From: Moniliella sp. 'wahieum'
Lineage: Eukaryota
Direction of reading: 5' to 3'
DNA length: 64,000 nt
Assembly (NCBI GenBank): GCA_003971905.1
Contig: RSEE01000055.1
Coordinates: 124,001 to 188,000, forward strand
Of this stretch, positions 50,945-62,699 are shown piece after piece (within the stretch, counting starts at the first letter, position 1; the number at the start of each line of letters is the position of its first letter). Both the position numbers and the translations under genes were made by a program. The notes below the pieces were generated by a model, which was given only the letters and a program-made list of their open reading frames with translations, was not told the DNA's origin and did no database searches.

Positions 50945-53154
50945 TGGGTTTCCTATACATATATATACCTTTCTCTCCAATGCTTCCTTCTGCCAGCATC
51001 TTTCTTTTATTGCGCATCTCTATACTATCTCAATTATTATCGTCATTCTGCTCATCGACATATGTGATGATGCATTGCCACATGACAGTGCCACACCTGT
51101 GCCTTGTGTTATACTTAGTAGCTCCTACCTGTGCACGTAGCTATAGATCGTCGATCAAGCCTTTTGTATCGACGTATCCTCAAACCTCGTTGGGGTTCGC
51201 CCATCATGGATGGACAACTCATTTTACCCCGTGTGCATACGCCTATGTATGCACAGCTCTGCTTTCGAAGGGGGAATGCGTTGAGCGCTCAAGAGACAGA
51301 GAGAGGAAACGACGGTATACAACACATCTTGGCCTCTGCACTCATACACCAATGCAAGGATAGTATGAGGCCTGCACGATCCGATCCTCGAGTGTGTATG
51401 CGCTCCATACTATGCGGGATGCCACCATGTTCACAAAATGAGCCCGGTTGTGGAGGAGAAAAGAGGAAACGTGGTGTGTCCTCCGGCAACAGGCGTCGTA
51501 TGTGCACGGATTATATCCCATGATGTGGGTAACGAAGGAGCATTTGGTACCATTGAGGGATGGAGATGGATCCCACATCTTGAGAGACCCCACCAGAGGC
51601 CAGGTTTGTGTATTACTGGGGAAGGTGGTGCATAAGGATATTACGGCGACGGCTTTTTGGGACCCCTCGGGAGAGAAGGAGCTGCATGCATCTCGACAGA
51701 GAGCAGGTCGGTTGCGCCATGATTACGATATAGCAGTGAGGCACTCTCAAGGCACCCTTTCCTCTGATGGCTATGACAACACACCGATAGTATTATGATA
51801 CAAAAGATTTCCAAATACAAGACGAGTTTGCGCGCCCCAGAAGGAGAACGAGAGTCCTCCTCCTCTCCTCTGATGTTTTATATATACTCTCTCTAATTAG
51901 TGATCCTGGTTCCCCAGCCTTATAAGGTAACGTTAGGCAGTGGTGAAGCTTAGAGGAAAACAGGAGCTGGGTTGAACGTCATCGACAAAAACTTCGAGCT
52001 AATATATTCAACGTCAACGTTGCTTCCAACATTCCCGCGCACAAGAGATGTATGCAAGAAGTATGTATTACCCGAAATCATAGCCTACTCAGCTGCGTTA
52101 AAACCTTGATTATTCTTCCGATCCTCCGTCCTTCCGCGCCAAGCGCCCAAGCCGGCTTCGAGCTTCATCGATCTTTTTGCCATATGGTGATGTGATGCAT
52201 CATTATGGGATGGGGATGACCGAGAAGTGAGCGCTCCGCGCTCCAATCGCTGGTTAATCATTGTTGTGACACGCACCCGTGACCGCCTGGCCGTACCTTG
52301 CCCAATCGCAAAAGGCATTCGCATTTCGAGCGCAGCAAGCTTCAAAAAGAGTAAAAACCAACGGATCCCATTCAATGCATATCAACGTCATCAACATACC
52401 CAGGTACATGCATCGTGCATTGCATCATGCATTGTGCGAGCTCCCGGTTCGTTCAGGCACGCGAAGGCATACGTCCACAGGCCCAACCACTAACAGGTGC
52501 CATCAGGTGCCACACGTCCCTTGTGGATTGGATGATTATTTTCGCGATGCATGATAACACTCTTTCCGTCCGGCAAGAACCCTATATGTGTCTCTGTTTC
52601 CGTAAAGGAATACACAGTCTCAGATGTCGTCATGTCATACTGAAGAGTGACATTCGGCTGCTGTACAACAGTCTTCGGATTTATAGTGCCTTTTGCGTCC
52701 GCCGATCGAGCAAACATACACATAGTGCCGGCATAGTATACCCGTGAAACGGGAAACGCTCTCCCGGCGTTTTGTGGCTTGTGGGGGGAAAAGAGGAAGC
52801 AACTGAGCGCTTATTCTTACTCGGCGAGTATAGAAGCGTCCTCAAAATAGGCGCGACCGCGATCAGGGAGATATTTTGCCCATCGGATCTCAGATCTCTC
52901 AGATCTCAGATCTAGATCACGGCAAGGCCTCTGGCAAGACCAAAGGGTTCAACTATAATTTAACTATTAGTCGCGCTTCCTTTTCTCTAATGTAATGTCT
53001 CGTTCACGGCCGCAGTGGGGATAATCGATGGATGCTTTGTGTCGAAAAAGTATAGAATTAAGTGTGTGGATCTAGTGGAACCTATCTATAGATCCACTTC
53101 AATATGGATAATATTGTTACTCTAAATTGAACCTCACAAGCACCAAGAGCTCTT

Positions 53155-53535
53155 ACAGATCTCAGATCTCATCGATCATCGGATCATCATGTATCAGATC
53201 ATCAATTCTCATATCTCAACGTTCAAACCGTTCAACGTTCAACGTTCATTGAGAATAAGCCTCTCAGGCCCTCATTAGGCCCTCAGGCATCGACTTCAAG
53301 CTTCAAGCTTCATTGAGTACTGAAGGCCTCAAGCTTCAAGGGCCTCAAGCTTCAAGCTTCAAGATCCTCCACTTCAAGCATGATGCATGATATGCATATG
53401 AGACGTTTTCGTAATCGCGACCCTCCCTAGGCATCTCTTCACAAGCTACACTAGCCACTTACTGCTTTTAACATACTTGCGCGAAAACTCCGTTGTAACG
53501 CGTAACGCGTAACGTCTATAACGCATGAAGCTTGA
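53155..53535. repeat. dense mosaic of heptamer arrays (GATC, TCGA, ACGT, GGCC, AGCT, TGCA, CGCG cores)
   Basis: cagatctcagatctcatcgatca; tcaacgttcaacgttca; tcaagcttcaagcttca (several); tgatgcatga; taacgcgtaacgcgtaacg. Confidence 0.9.
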
Positions 53536-54062
53536 AGCATGTTAAACGTACGTTAAAAACGCACGTGTGATGATGCAGGAGTAGTAACTAGTTATGTAAA
53601 GATGTGTGTGTTAGCTTAAGTCCGTGGGGAATGGCGCAACAGATGTAGCCAGGCGGCAGCAACCGCTAAGCGCTGAAAGCGCTAATAACCGCCCGGAGAA
53701 ACCGTCGTCATGCTGGAGATTATACATGGATTAATCGATCATCGATAATCGATAATCACGACAACGCATCCGCGGCCTCTCCATGTCTCCCTCTCGAACA
53801 AAATGATGTTGAGACGACCTCCCCCCGTAGCCGCGTTACCGCGTAACCCCATAACTACACAGTAACTAGTAATGTTTGGCACTTGGCCATTGTCAGAGAA
53901 GAAAATGGGCCAACAAGGGTAGGCAGAAGAGAAGCAACATATATGTGTGCTGGAAGAGATTATACTTGTCTTCGAAAACCAATAACTGAGACGTATGTGG
54001 ATTGTGTGTGTGCAAGCAGTACAGCGTGCAGCCAGTGTCATGTGTACGGGGCGGTTATGAGG

Positions 54063-55323
54063 TCAATGCATAGAGCATAGAGCCCCCGCCGGAACGCACA
54101 TGCCGTGTATCTTGTGGGTAGCTGCCCGCGCATATGAATAACTTTTACGGTTGCTGTTGATTGTTGGCATCGCTTCGAGGGTTGTTTGGAGACAGCACTG
54201 CATCGTGCTGATGCTGGAAGGAAGACCAAAAGGAAGGTGGTGGATGAGGAACAACGATGGCTGAGAGGCCATCCGCCTGTCTGGGGCGGTTTCCCCCGCC
54301 GCGGCAGTTACTACTGGGAGGACCGGGGCCGGGGGCGGGGGCGGAGGATGAGATGTGAAGTGTGCCTCCGCGTAGGATGTCGATGAAGCTTCTGGCGCTT
54401 CGGTCGTGTGCGGGCCAGTGGTGAAAGTGGGCGAATGGCTATTGGGCCAGTGATTACTCAACGATGGCCCTCCAACTTGGGATACCGAAGGTCCGAAGGG
54501 GAACGGCTTTGGTTTCACATCCTCCGGTCATGGGTTAGTCCAAAAGACAGTTGTTGGTATCCAGTGCCATCGGCCGGAACAAACGCAAGACGACCAGAAT
54601 CACTGGCATAGGTTGGAGGGTCTCGACGTAGCTCCATGTACCCATTCGATGTCCCATTCCCGCATGCCCAGCAGATTGATGCGCAGTCGGGTCATAGTTA
54701 GATTGAGGGGAAATGGATGGGGCTGGAAATGGTCTACCCCCGGAGGCATGTCTGGGGGTCTAAGCGACACTCCGTTTGGGTGCTGCACAGGTGTTTGGTT
54801 CACAGAAGGAGGAAACGAACCGATGCCGTGGCGAAAGATGCGCGGTTCCGCCCCAGGTCCGCTTACTCCGGGTAAGGGAGCATGCAGCTCAAAAACGGTC
54901 CGTCTCTTGGCTTCTGCTTCCGGCTGGACCATCCAGAACATGAGGCCGAACTTCGGCCAGCTGAAACGAAACCGCCGTCGTGCTTGCGGGGTTCGCGTCA
55001 GGCGACGAAACCAGAAGGTTCACAGGTAGAGGATTGGGGCGCTGCTCATAACCTTGGCTTGTTGCAAGATGAGGATTGTGCTGATGGTGCATGGCCTGCA
55101 ACATCCCTCGCAACCGCGTGTTTTCTTGGCGCAATTCTCTCACTGTATCTGTAAAGTTTGGGGGGGAGGGGGGCGGAGTTAGCATAACGTTTTGCAAGCC
55201 TGAAGAGGGATGCTCACTTTCGAGATCAGCAATGTACTTCCTGCGGCGCTCACGGAACGCACGCTGCACCTCGAGGGCACGAGTGGGAGCTGCATCGCTT
55301 CGAGGTCGGCGGCCACGAGCCAT
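54063..55323 (-). CDS. bZIP transcription factor (3' end uncertain)
   Basis: MARGRRPRSDAAPTRALEVQRAFRERRRKYIADLE, then a probable GTGAGC..CTAAC..CAG intron, then TVRELRQENTRLRGML (basic region plus leucine zipper). Confidence 0.8.
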
Positions 55324-58125
55324 TGGATTGCCCAATGTCCAGAACCTTCTGGGGCGGCGGAGTTGGTAGAAGATGTGAGAGGTGAGTCCAAGGGACTGTT
55401 GCGGGCGGAGTGGTGGCGACAGGAGTCAAGAGCCGTAACCACAAAACTGGTGCGGACTTTGGCCACAGGATGGGGTCGGCCCTGTCGATAGACGATATAA
55501 TACGACACATCGCGCCTCATCGCGGGGCGTTGGTAACGGCACCTTATACACACACACACAAGAGGGAGCTGCCTATGCGACATCCCTTCCCTCCAGGATC
55601 CACCGCAGAGCGGCAGCTGGAAGCGTGCGCCACGTCGCAATTGCCAATTCATCCCATTGCGACCTTTCGGATCACTTCACCTTGACCCATTTGACACAGC
55701 AGGCGGGCCCGAGTCCCTACGGAGTCCCTTCGTTGGGTTCACGCGACCCTATTCGTTGAACACACTGAACATGTGGCATGAATATCAAGGAGCGCTCAGG
55801 CTGAGCAGCCACCGCAGCCTCAGCGCCTCAGCCGCTAGCGGAGCCACAAGACGCTGGACGCTGGACCACTGCTAGACCCCTATGCACCCCTCTTGTAATG
55901 GGTGATGTATGATGTGTGATTTGGCGACCGCTGGCGCTGAGGCGCTGAGCGCGCCTGACCGGTGACCTCGGAGAGCGGATCGGGAAGTTGGTATCGCCTC
56001 GTTAAAATGATGGGGTGTAAGGGTCGGGCGATACGAGTGTAGGCCGACTGCCGGTTGCGGGTTACCGGTTACCCGCATTACATGGTCGTACCGGTCATAC
56101 GAATACTGTCGCCGCTGATGGTCACCGGTCGTGCAGGTACGCGTTACGTGGCTACGGTCATATTGCGGCACGAATCTGTGGGGGAGAAGGGGCCCAAGGT
56201 ATACACCTGTGTTCTGGTCAGTTGGTTACAGCGCCGGTCTAGCCATGTCTAGCCAGATCTAGCCGCGCTCAGCTCAGTCTGAGCTCGCTGAGCGCTCGGG
56301 CTAAGCGGAGCTCAGTGGGTTGATCACGAGATCATCGACCATCTATCATGCATGCGGAGCAGGTCTTTAGTCAGATCGGTCAGAGGCTGTGGGTCTATAG
56401 CTAAAGGGAGAGGTCTCCGATTATTCGGTTAACACAGGTGCACTCATTGATCAGAACCGTAATCGATAATCCTACCGGTATCATATATCACCTATCATCG
56501 ATCAGCGCTCTCTCAGGCCTCAGGCTAGTGATGTGACCGGATCCGATGCCAAGCGAGAGACAGCAATCAACAACTGGGGCCAATAAACGATAGGGATTGA
56601 TTGCTGGTGAGCGCTAGTAGAGAGTAGCGGAGAGGGAGGAGGAGGGAGTGGAAGAGAGAAGACTAAGAGCTACGACTACTGAGGCTTCTAGAAGGAGGCA
56701 TGTCGGACAGCCACGCTTCCGCCCGAGCGGAACTAGCGGAGCTAGTGCTGGATGGAAGTGGCTGGGAGCGCCAGAGTCCGGCTATGCCTTTGGCACACCG
56801 CACTAGTGTCCCAACAGTAAGCCACCTCATCGATCATCCAGGCTCAGGCGGAACACTCGACGGAACAAGATCGAGTGGGGGAAATTGCTCTCGTGCGATC
56901 AGGGGAGTGGCAGAACGAAATTGATCCCACGGGCGTCATGACCTATTTATCGAGAGACTCCCTGCTTTTTCCACCTGTACTTAAGTGCGTGGCATCCCCT
57001 TGGCGAGGCCACTTACAAGTCGTCGCTGCATTAGTTGCAATGATGCATCAGTCTCTTGATATAATGATGAACGTATTAAGGTGAGTATTTTATGGATGAA
57101 CAATATATGTGCTCTCGATTATATCTGTGGATGGCCTCTGAGATCTGACGACGCTGATGCTCACTTTTATATATGGTCTGTGCTGACCCCTTCCTCTTCC
57201 CCAAAACGCATCCGCGCGACAAGAATTGCCCCCACGCTAAAGCCGAAGTCGATTGGCCTAAATGAGGTCACCAAGTTTTTCCGGCACCTTTGCGACCGCT
57301 GTCGCCCCGTTTCACCACTGCTTGCTTTGTCCTTATTTTCCGTTGCGCCTGCGGCAAAACGAACCCTCTTTTGACATGTCTTTTCCTTTCTACACCCCTA
57401 TTGTGCCCGTTTTCCCTTTTAGATATACTCTGTACCCCTGGTTATGGTGGGGATCCTTTCCCCAACACCTCCCATTCTGGCCCCTTCTCTCGCCTTTCCT
57501 GCCCGACTCCTCTGCCCGCTTCCAGCCATTGACTCAGTACAGAGGCAACTTCGTCTACCAGCTTTCCATTAGCCCACCAGCCGCTTCGAGTCCCCATACC
57601 AACTTATCGCTTGGGTTCCTTTCCAGACGCAGCGTCAACAGCCGCCCCTGTTTAGTCCCAACTCTGGCAGTGTGTTTCTTCTCCATATTGCCTCTACCCG
57701 TTCCCAACAAGCCCTGGAGACTTCAGCAATGCGTACGCCGCCTTTCCACACGTGAAGCTGTCTCCGCTCCACCCCCAAAGGCCCCTTGTCATGGGGGGGG
57801 TCCCGAGGTGCCCCCCCCCTGTAGTTTAGGGGTGTAAACCCTTGGACAGATCAATCGGTGGCTCGTCCGTTAGGTCCTGCTCCAGATCCTGGTTGAACCG
57901 AGCGGGTGTAGAGGCTAGGGAGAGACCCTCTAGTTTGGGTGGCTGCCTGCGTGCAAAGGCCGCAGTCCAGACCCTCCGAGGTAGGAGCCGTGTACGTAGG
58001 TCGATAGACCAGCTGAAGGGGTCCAGGAGCTCCGGAATTACTCTGTTCCTCGCCGCGTTACCACACTCGGTACGCTGTAGCCGGCGGGAACAGACAGAGT
58101 CCTAAAGAAGAGCAAGCGCTACTGA

Positions 58126-58646
58126 TGTGAGTAATCGCGGCTTGCAGTGCACTCGACGTAAGTCGTAAATTCGTAAGCGTAAGGGTGGTAGAAGGTGGAC
58201 GGGCGAGAGAGGAAGTGGTAGTCGGGGAGACCAACGGTAATAGACAGGATGGTCGACAAGGACCACAGCTAGCAAGCCTTAGACATGGCTGCTTATATAC
58301 AGCAGAGGGAACCAGACCTCAAGTGCCTCATGACAGGTATAGACAGAATGCGGGGCACTTCCCAGAAAGGTAAAGAAGACTAATGCACAGCCCTTGCTTC
58401 CCAAGGCGCTGACGCTGCGCAGTCGGGCGCAACAGGAAGGGTTCTGACAAGACTGGCCGCAATAGGCACAAAGCATCGTACCGATAAGACCATGCGGCCA
58501 TGGCGGGCCGCGGAGGATATCCGCAGCAAGGATAAGGTGTCGACTGGCTCTCTCTCGCTAGTCTAACCGAACTGACGCATGTTGGGCTGAGATGTCTACG
58601 ACATGCGGGGCTCAGCGTCCGGAGATAGCCGGAGCGCCCCGTAACC
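58126..58646 (-). mobile_element. probable LTR (about 520 nt) of an LTR retrotransposon remnant
   Basis: On the minus strand it is preceded by purine tract gaggtagggacgagaagggg, starts (G)GTTAC, contains TATATAAG (around 58295) and ends ..TCACA. The first 103 nt are shared with 5911-6013. Confidence 0.55.
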
Positions 58647-58974
58647 CCCTTCTCGTCCCTACCTCCGCTCGGATTCACCAACTAGCTCTTCAAGCCAGAA
58701 ACCACCGTGAGTTGTCCTTCCGTGTCTCCTAAGGGTTTTTGTACCCCACAAACCTGGGTGAGGCCCCTGACAGGGCCCGCCCGTGACTGTTAGCTTTTGT
58801 GGGCAGTGCCGCAAGGTTCTGGAGGCTTGAAGGGAGACCATCACCCTGAAAACAGTAGTGCCATTCTAAACGAGGAGAGTCGCTCTGTGTGGGGGAAAGA
58901 ATGTCTTTTCCCCGAGAAAAGGTATCATATATCACGGGCAAAATTATTTAGAACCGCAAAACGTATATATCCCT

Positions 58975-59170
58975 GTCCCAGCCTTAAGCTCTGTCAATGA
59001 TATGTATGCAATAGCGAGTATATTATACAAGGATTAAGCTAAAGAGACTGTATATTATACAAGGGATTCAACTAAGCCCCGCAAGATGAACGGTTCGGCT
59101 TAGACGTAGCGTTTCTCCTATCCCAGCCTTAAGCTCTATCAATGAGATAGGGATTAAGCTAAAGAGACTG
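58975..59170. repeat. AT-rich segment with internal direct duplications
   Basis: tcccagccttaagctct at 58976 and 59121; ggattaagctaaagagactg at 59031 and 59151; gtatattatacaagg at 59018 and 59050. Confidence 0.85.
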
Positions 59171-59229
59171 GATGATCGATGATTCCTCACGGGAATGAGC
59201 ACGTTCTATGCGATACCGTCGGATATATA

Positions 59230-59533
59230 TGTCACAACCCCTGGCATCCTGATGGACGCCGGTGACGATAAGTTTCTAGTATACGAGACGAAATTATGGT
59301 CACAGCCGGAGGAAATAGGAGGAGAGTGAAAGGTAAATGTTTGTGGGAGAGGTGGCTGAGGCACGACAGAGAGTGAGGTTGTGTATACCCCTCCACCCTC
59401 CCTTTCCCTACCCCACGTTGTGTATTATCTTTGAAGGGCAAGTTATTAAGGTTATTGGGGCAGAGAAAGGGGAAGTGGGGCGCTCTTGCTGTCTTCGGGG
59501 GCATTGTTACTAACGGAACGATGCTGTGTCACA
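59230..59533. mobile_element. possible solo LTR ending 30 nt upstream of tRNA-Ile
   Basis: TGTCACA..TGTGTCACA termini, about 300 nt; flanking 5-mers (atata/aacta) do not match as a TSD. Confidence 0.35.
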
Positions 59534-59563
59534 AACTATGCTCCCCTATGCATGATGCATGAT

Positions 59564-59659
59564 GGTCGATTAGCTCAGTTGGTCAGAGCGTGGTACTAAT
59601 ATGTCCTGCCTGGAGTGTTGGTAATGCCAAGGTCATGAGTTCAAGCCTCATATTGACCA
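59564..59659 (+). tRNA. tRNA-Ile(AAT) with 22-nt intron (59602-59623)
   Basis: Acceptor GGTCGAT/ATTGACC, D arm GCTC..GAGC, anticodon arm TGGTA-CTAATA^A-TGCCA, T arm ATGAG-TTCAAGC-CTCAT, downstream T7 terminator. Confidence 0.93.
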
Positions 59660-60000
59660 CATATTTTTTTACTTGTTCTCTTCCTGATGGCTTTGGATCA
59701 AGCTCTTTCGAGCTTTTCCTGCCCTGTTCTGCTGAACAGGATTATTGGATTGCTGAGAAAAGGCCATGCAGACACGTATCAACCACCAAAAGATCAATGG
59801 ATTATCCAGACCATTGAGAGTGCTGGAGGTGGGCGAGCCGCCGTGGGCGGGTACATGTGTGCTAGAGGAACAGGAAGAGAAGAGAGGTTGCCCGCAGAGC
59901 AGGATCAAATGGGTGAAGGAAGCTGATGCAACAACGAGGACAGCTGCAAGAACAGCTGATATGGTTGCCAGCTGTAGTCGATGTGGTTCCCAATTTCGCA

Positions 60001-60549
60001 TTAGGCTGAATTCGCATTGTCCCCCGCCGCTTTACGGCGGCGATAGTCCTCTGCAGATCCAAAGATCCAAGGCTTGAGGATGGAGAACTGGCGACTGCCC
60101 GAATAGTCGGCAACGTGCTTTCCATCTTCGTAGAGGCGCATCGAGGGATAAGCAAGCACATTTTCTTGGTCGCAAATATCCCCCTGGACTGTACAATCAA
60201 CACGGGCCATGTAGAAGGCACTGGAGTCTTCCAAGTGGGCACTGATCTCGCTTAGGTCCTTCCACGTAGGCATGAAGTTTTTGCAGTCTGTAACCGAGCA
60301 GAGGTTAGCTCAGAAACTCGATCATCGTCAAGGACAACATACGAGGGCAATAGGGGCTGTAAAATTCCACAAACCACATCCCGTGAGCCGTCTTGGTGGC
60401 AAAATCGGCAGCTGTCAAGGAGCGCAGGCCTGATTCATCACTCTGAACGGGAGCGGGAGCGGGGCAGGGGCTGGCACTGGTGCGGGGGATGAAGAAACAA
60501 GAAGAGCACTGGCCAGAGCGGCAGCAGTGGCAAGGGCAGGGAAGCGCAT
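60001..60549 (-). CDS. secreted/ER single thioredoxin-domain (PDI-like) protein
   Basis: Signal-like MRFPALATAAALASALLV; WFVEFYSPYCP|HCKNFMPTW across a GTATGT..CTAAC..CAG intron (60288-60342) giving CPHC; ARVDC, AYPSMRLY, YSGSR. Confidence 0.85.
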
Positions 60550-61591
60550 GTTGGTGGCGGCAGGTGGTGTCCTATGGCCAACGTTACACGTTACGTGGTG
60601 CTGGCGAGTGGCAATGGTTGATCGCAACGGCAGTGCCGTTGCAGTGGCAGCGGGTGCTCGTTTGCATTCATTACTTGAATTAATTCGTTTGATCCATTCC
60701 ATTCGCCCACGTGATGTGTGACACTGACGCGTAACATGTGACAACTTGTGACCCACGTGACGCGCGTGACGCGTGATCGGCCGCCTCTCGCCGGCTACCC
60801 CGTTCACTATATAGTGACTTCGAACTAGCCGGGTCGCTGGACGTCCTTGGACTCCTCCAGGTCCTCACATGTCACAGCGTCTCATGAACGCTTCGCTCAG
60901 ACACTCAGATCTCAGAACCTGGGCTTCAATCTTCCAGCTTCAATCTTATTGAGCTTTGTGCTTCTTCATCTTCTCACAAGTAATAACATGTAACAGGAGA
61001 TGGAGATGGGGGAAAGGATGAGGATCATATCCATCGAGTGGAAAGAGAGCGAGATATATATGCCTCGAGTCACATGGAGGGAAAGAGGGAGCACAATCCA
61101 AAGGGGGAAAACAGGGTCTAGAACAAATCAAGGGGCCAGACAACTTGGTCACAAATAAACGTGATCAAGTGAATCTGTGAGAGATCCTGAGATCTGATCC
61201 CGACAAGTAACGATTAAAAAGAAGAGAGAGGAGATGATGCGGGCACACATGATGCAAATCATAAGAGAGAGAATCGGGCAGAACGGTGACGAGAAGATGC
61301 GATGAGATGTGTGTTAATCGCATTGATCACCTAGCGAATGTCACATGGTCCCGAGGTGCCTCAGGCCTCAGGCGAGGTCTCAGGCTGAAGAGGGCCCAAG
61401 AAGTTGAGAGCCTCAAGCTCAAGCTCAACCCCTCAACGTCCTCAACCCTCAACGTTGAAGTTCAACTTGAACCCCAATCAGTTTTTCAACTATTACTCCA
61501 ACTAATCATACAGTAGCGCAGTTTCCAGATACTAGAGAATCACCGAGCATGTCGAGCCTCCAACTGTAAAAAAGATCGCCACAATCAAAAA

Positions 61592-61696
61592 TGCACTCGC
61601 CGGGATTCGAACCCGGGCAACAACTTATGCTAGCTCCTCGTGATGGAACCCCAAAGACATGGGAAAGTTGCATCTTAACCACTTGATCACGAGTGC
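61592..61696 (-). tRNA. tRNA-Gly(CCC) with 33-nt intron
   Basis: Minus strand GCACTCG..CGAGTGC-A, anticodon arm CAACT-TTCCCA^A-AGTTG, T arm CCGGG-TTCGAAT-CCCGG, followed by a T run. Confidence 0.93.
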
Positions 61697-61884
61697 TGTT
61701 AGAACGAGACAGCACAAAGATCTGTCTAATCTCACTTATTAACATCTCCCCACTCATCCCCGTCTCTTATTAGACGTTTTTCCAATATAACAGCCTCAGG
61801 TTACCCGTTACCACAGTATCCATAGGAGAAAGGGTATAAGGGAGCTGACCTGTCGATGATCCCCATGACAACTACAAGGAAAGG

Positions 61885-62448
61885 ATGTCTGTCCAAGGGT
61901 CTGGGCGCTCCTATTGGCTCGGTCCTCGCGGGCAGCAAGGCGTTCATTGCCAAGGCACGCCATTTCCGCAAAGCCTTTGGCGGCGGGCTTCGCCAGACTG
62001 ACCCTACTGCCGCAGCTGCCCGCGTGGCACTCGAGACGGGATTCCCCAAGTTGAAAGCGACCCATGAGCTGGCACGATGGGCTCAATCCCAACTTGAACA
62101 GTTGAGGGTGCACATCGCCATTCCAGCCGAAACGAATATGGTGCGTGTCCTCGACCGATCCCCAGCTTGGACTGACTTTTGCTGTAAAAGCTCTTTCTTG
62201 ACACTCTAAGCATCGGGGTTGGCCCCGACGAGGTGATGGAGCGAGCTTCCGGGCTGCCTGAGCCGCTGCTTACCTATGGCCAGCGCTTCGTCTTCCACAT
62301 CAATACGTCTCCCGAGGCTGTCCAGGATTTGGTTGGGCTGATTGCGCAGCTCAAGCAGGAAAAGCTGGATCAGGGCTTTGATCCGGACAAGGGATTGGAG
62401 CACCGCAGCGCAGTGGGGGGGATCTATGGCCAACGGAAGCGTAAATAA
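61885..62448 (+). pseudogene. GLY1: 3' half only of low-specificity L-threonine aldolase
   Basis: CLSKGLGAPIGSVLAGSKAFIAKARHFRKAFGGGLRQ, ETNMV, intron around 62141-62210. No N-terminal half visible upstream. Confidence 0.75.
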
Positions 62449-62699
62449 ATGGGACACCGAGAGCGCGAGGAGCGACCGACGGTAAACACGACATGGCCTT
62501 TCTATATCCTAACACTTTGGCAATGAGCACAACACTGGGTCGGTTCACCGAGCCAGCAAGGATGATCTAGTTATGCGCCTCGGGCCCAGGTGGGGTATTA
62601 TGCCGCCATCATTCTCTTCAATGGACTTGACCACCCTCTCTACATGAGCAAAACGGTGTGAGCAGAGAGTGATGTTGGCACCCATCTGCGGTTGCCTCG

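Noticed and set aside
59669..60001. ORF with hydrophobic N-terminus as a continuation of the thioredoxin gene
   Set aside because: The thioredoxin frame has its own stop at 60001, and the downstream ORF has no recognisable domain and runs into the tRNA terminator.
61697..61791. TGTTA..TAACA bounded segment next to the tRNA-Gly 5' end as a mini-LTR
   Set aside because: Very short, no TSD or second copy; compatible with an ordinary tRNA 5' flank.
61592..62448. Functional link between tRNA-Gly and the glycine-forming threonine aldolase fragment
   Set aside because: No mechanism or sequence evidence; adjacency is likely coincidental.
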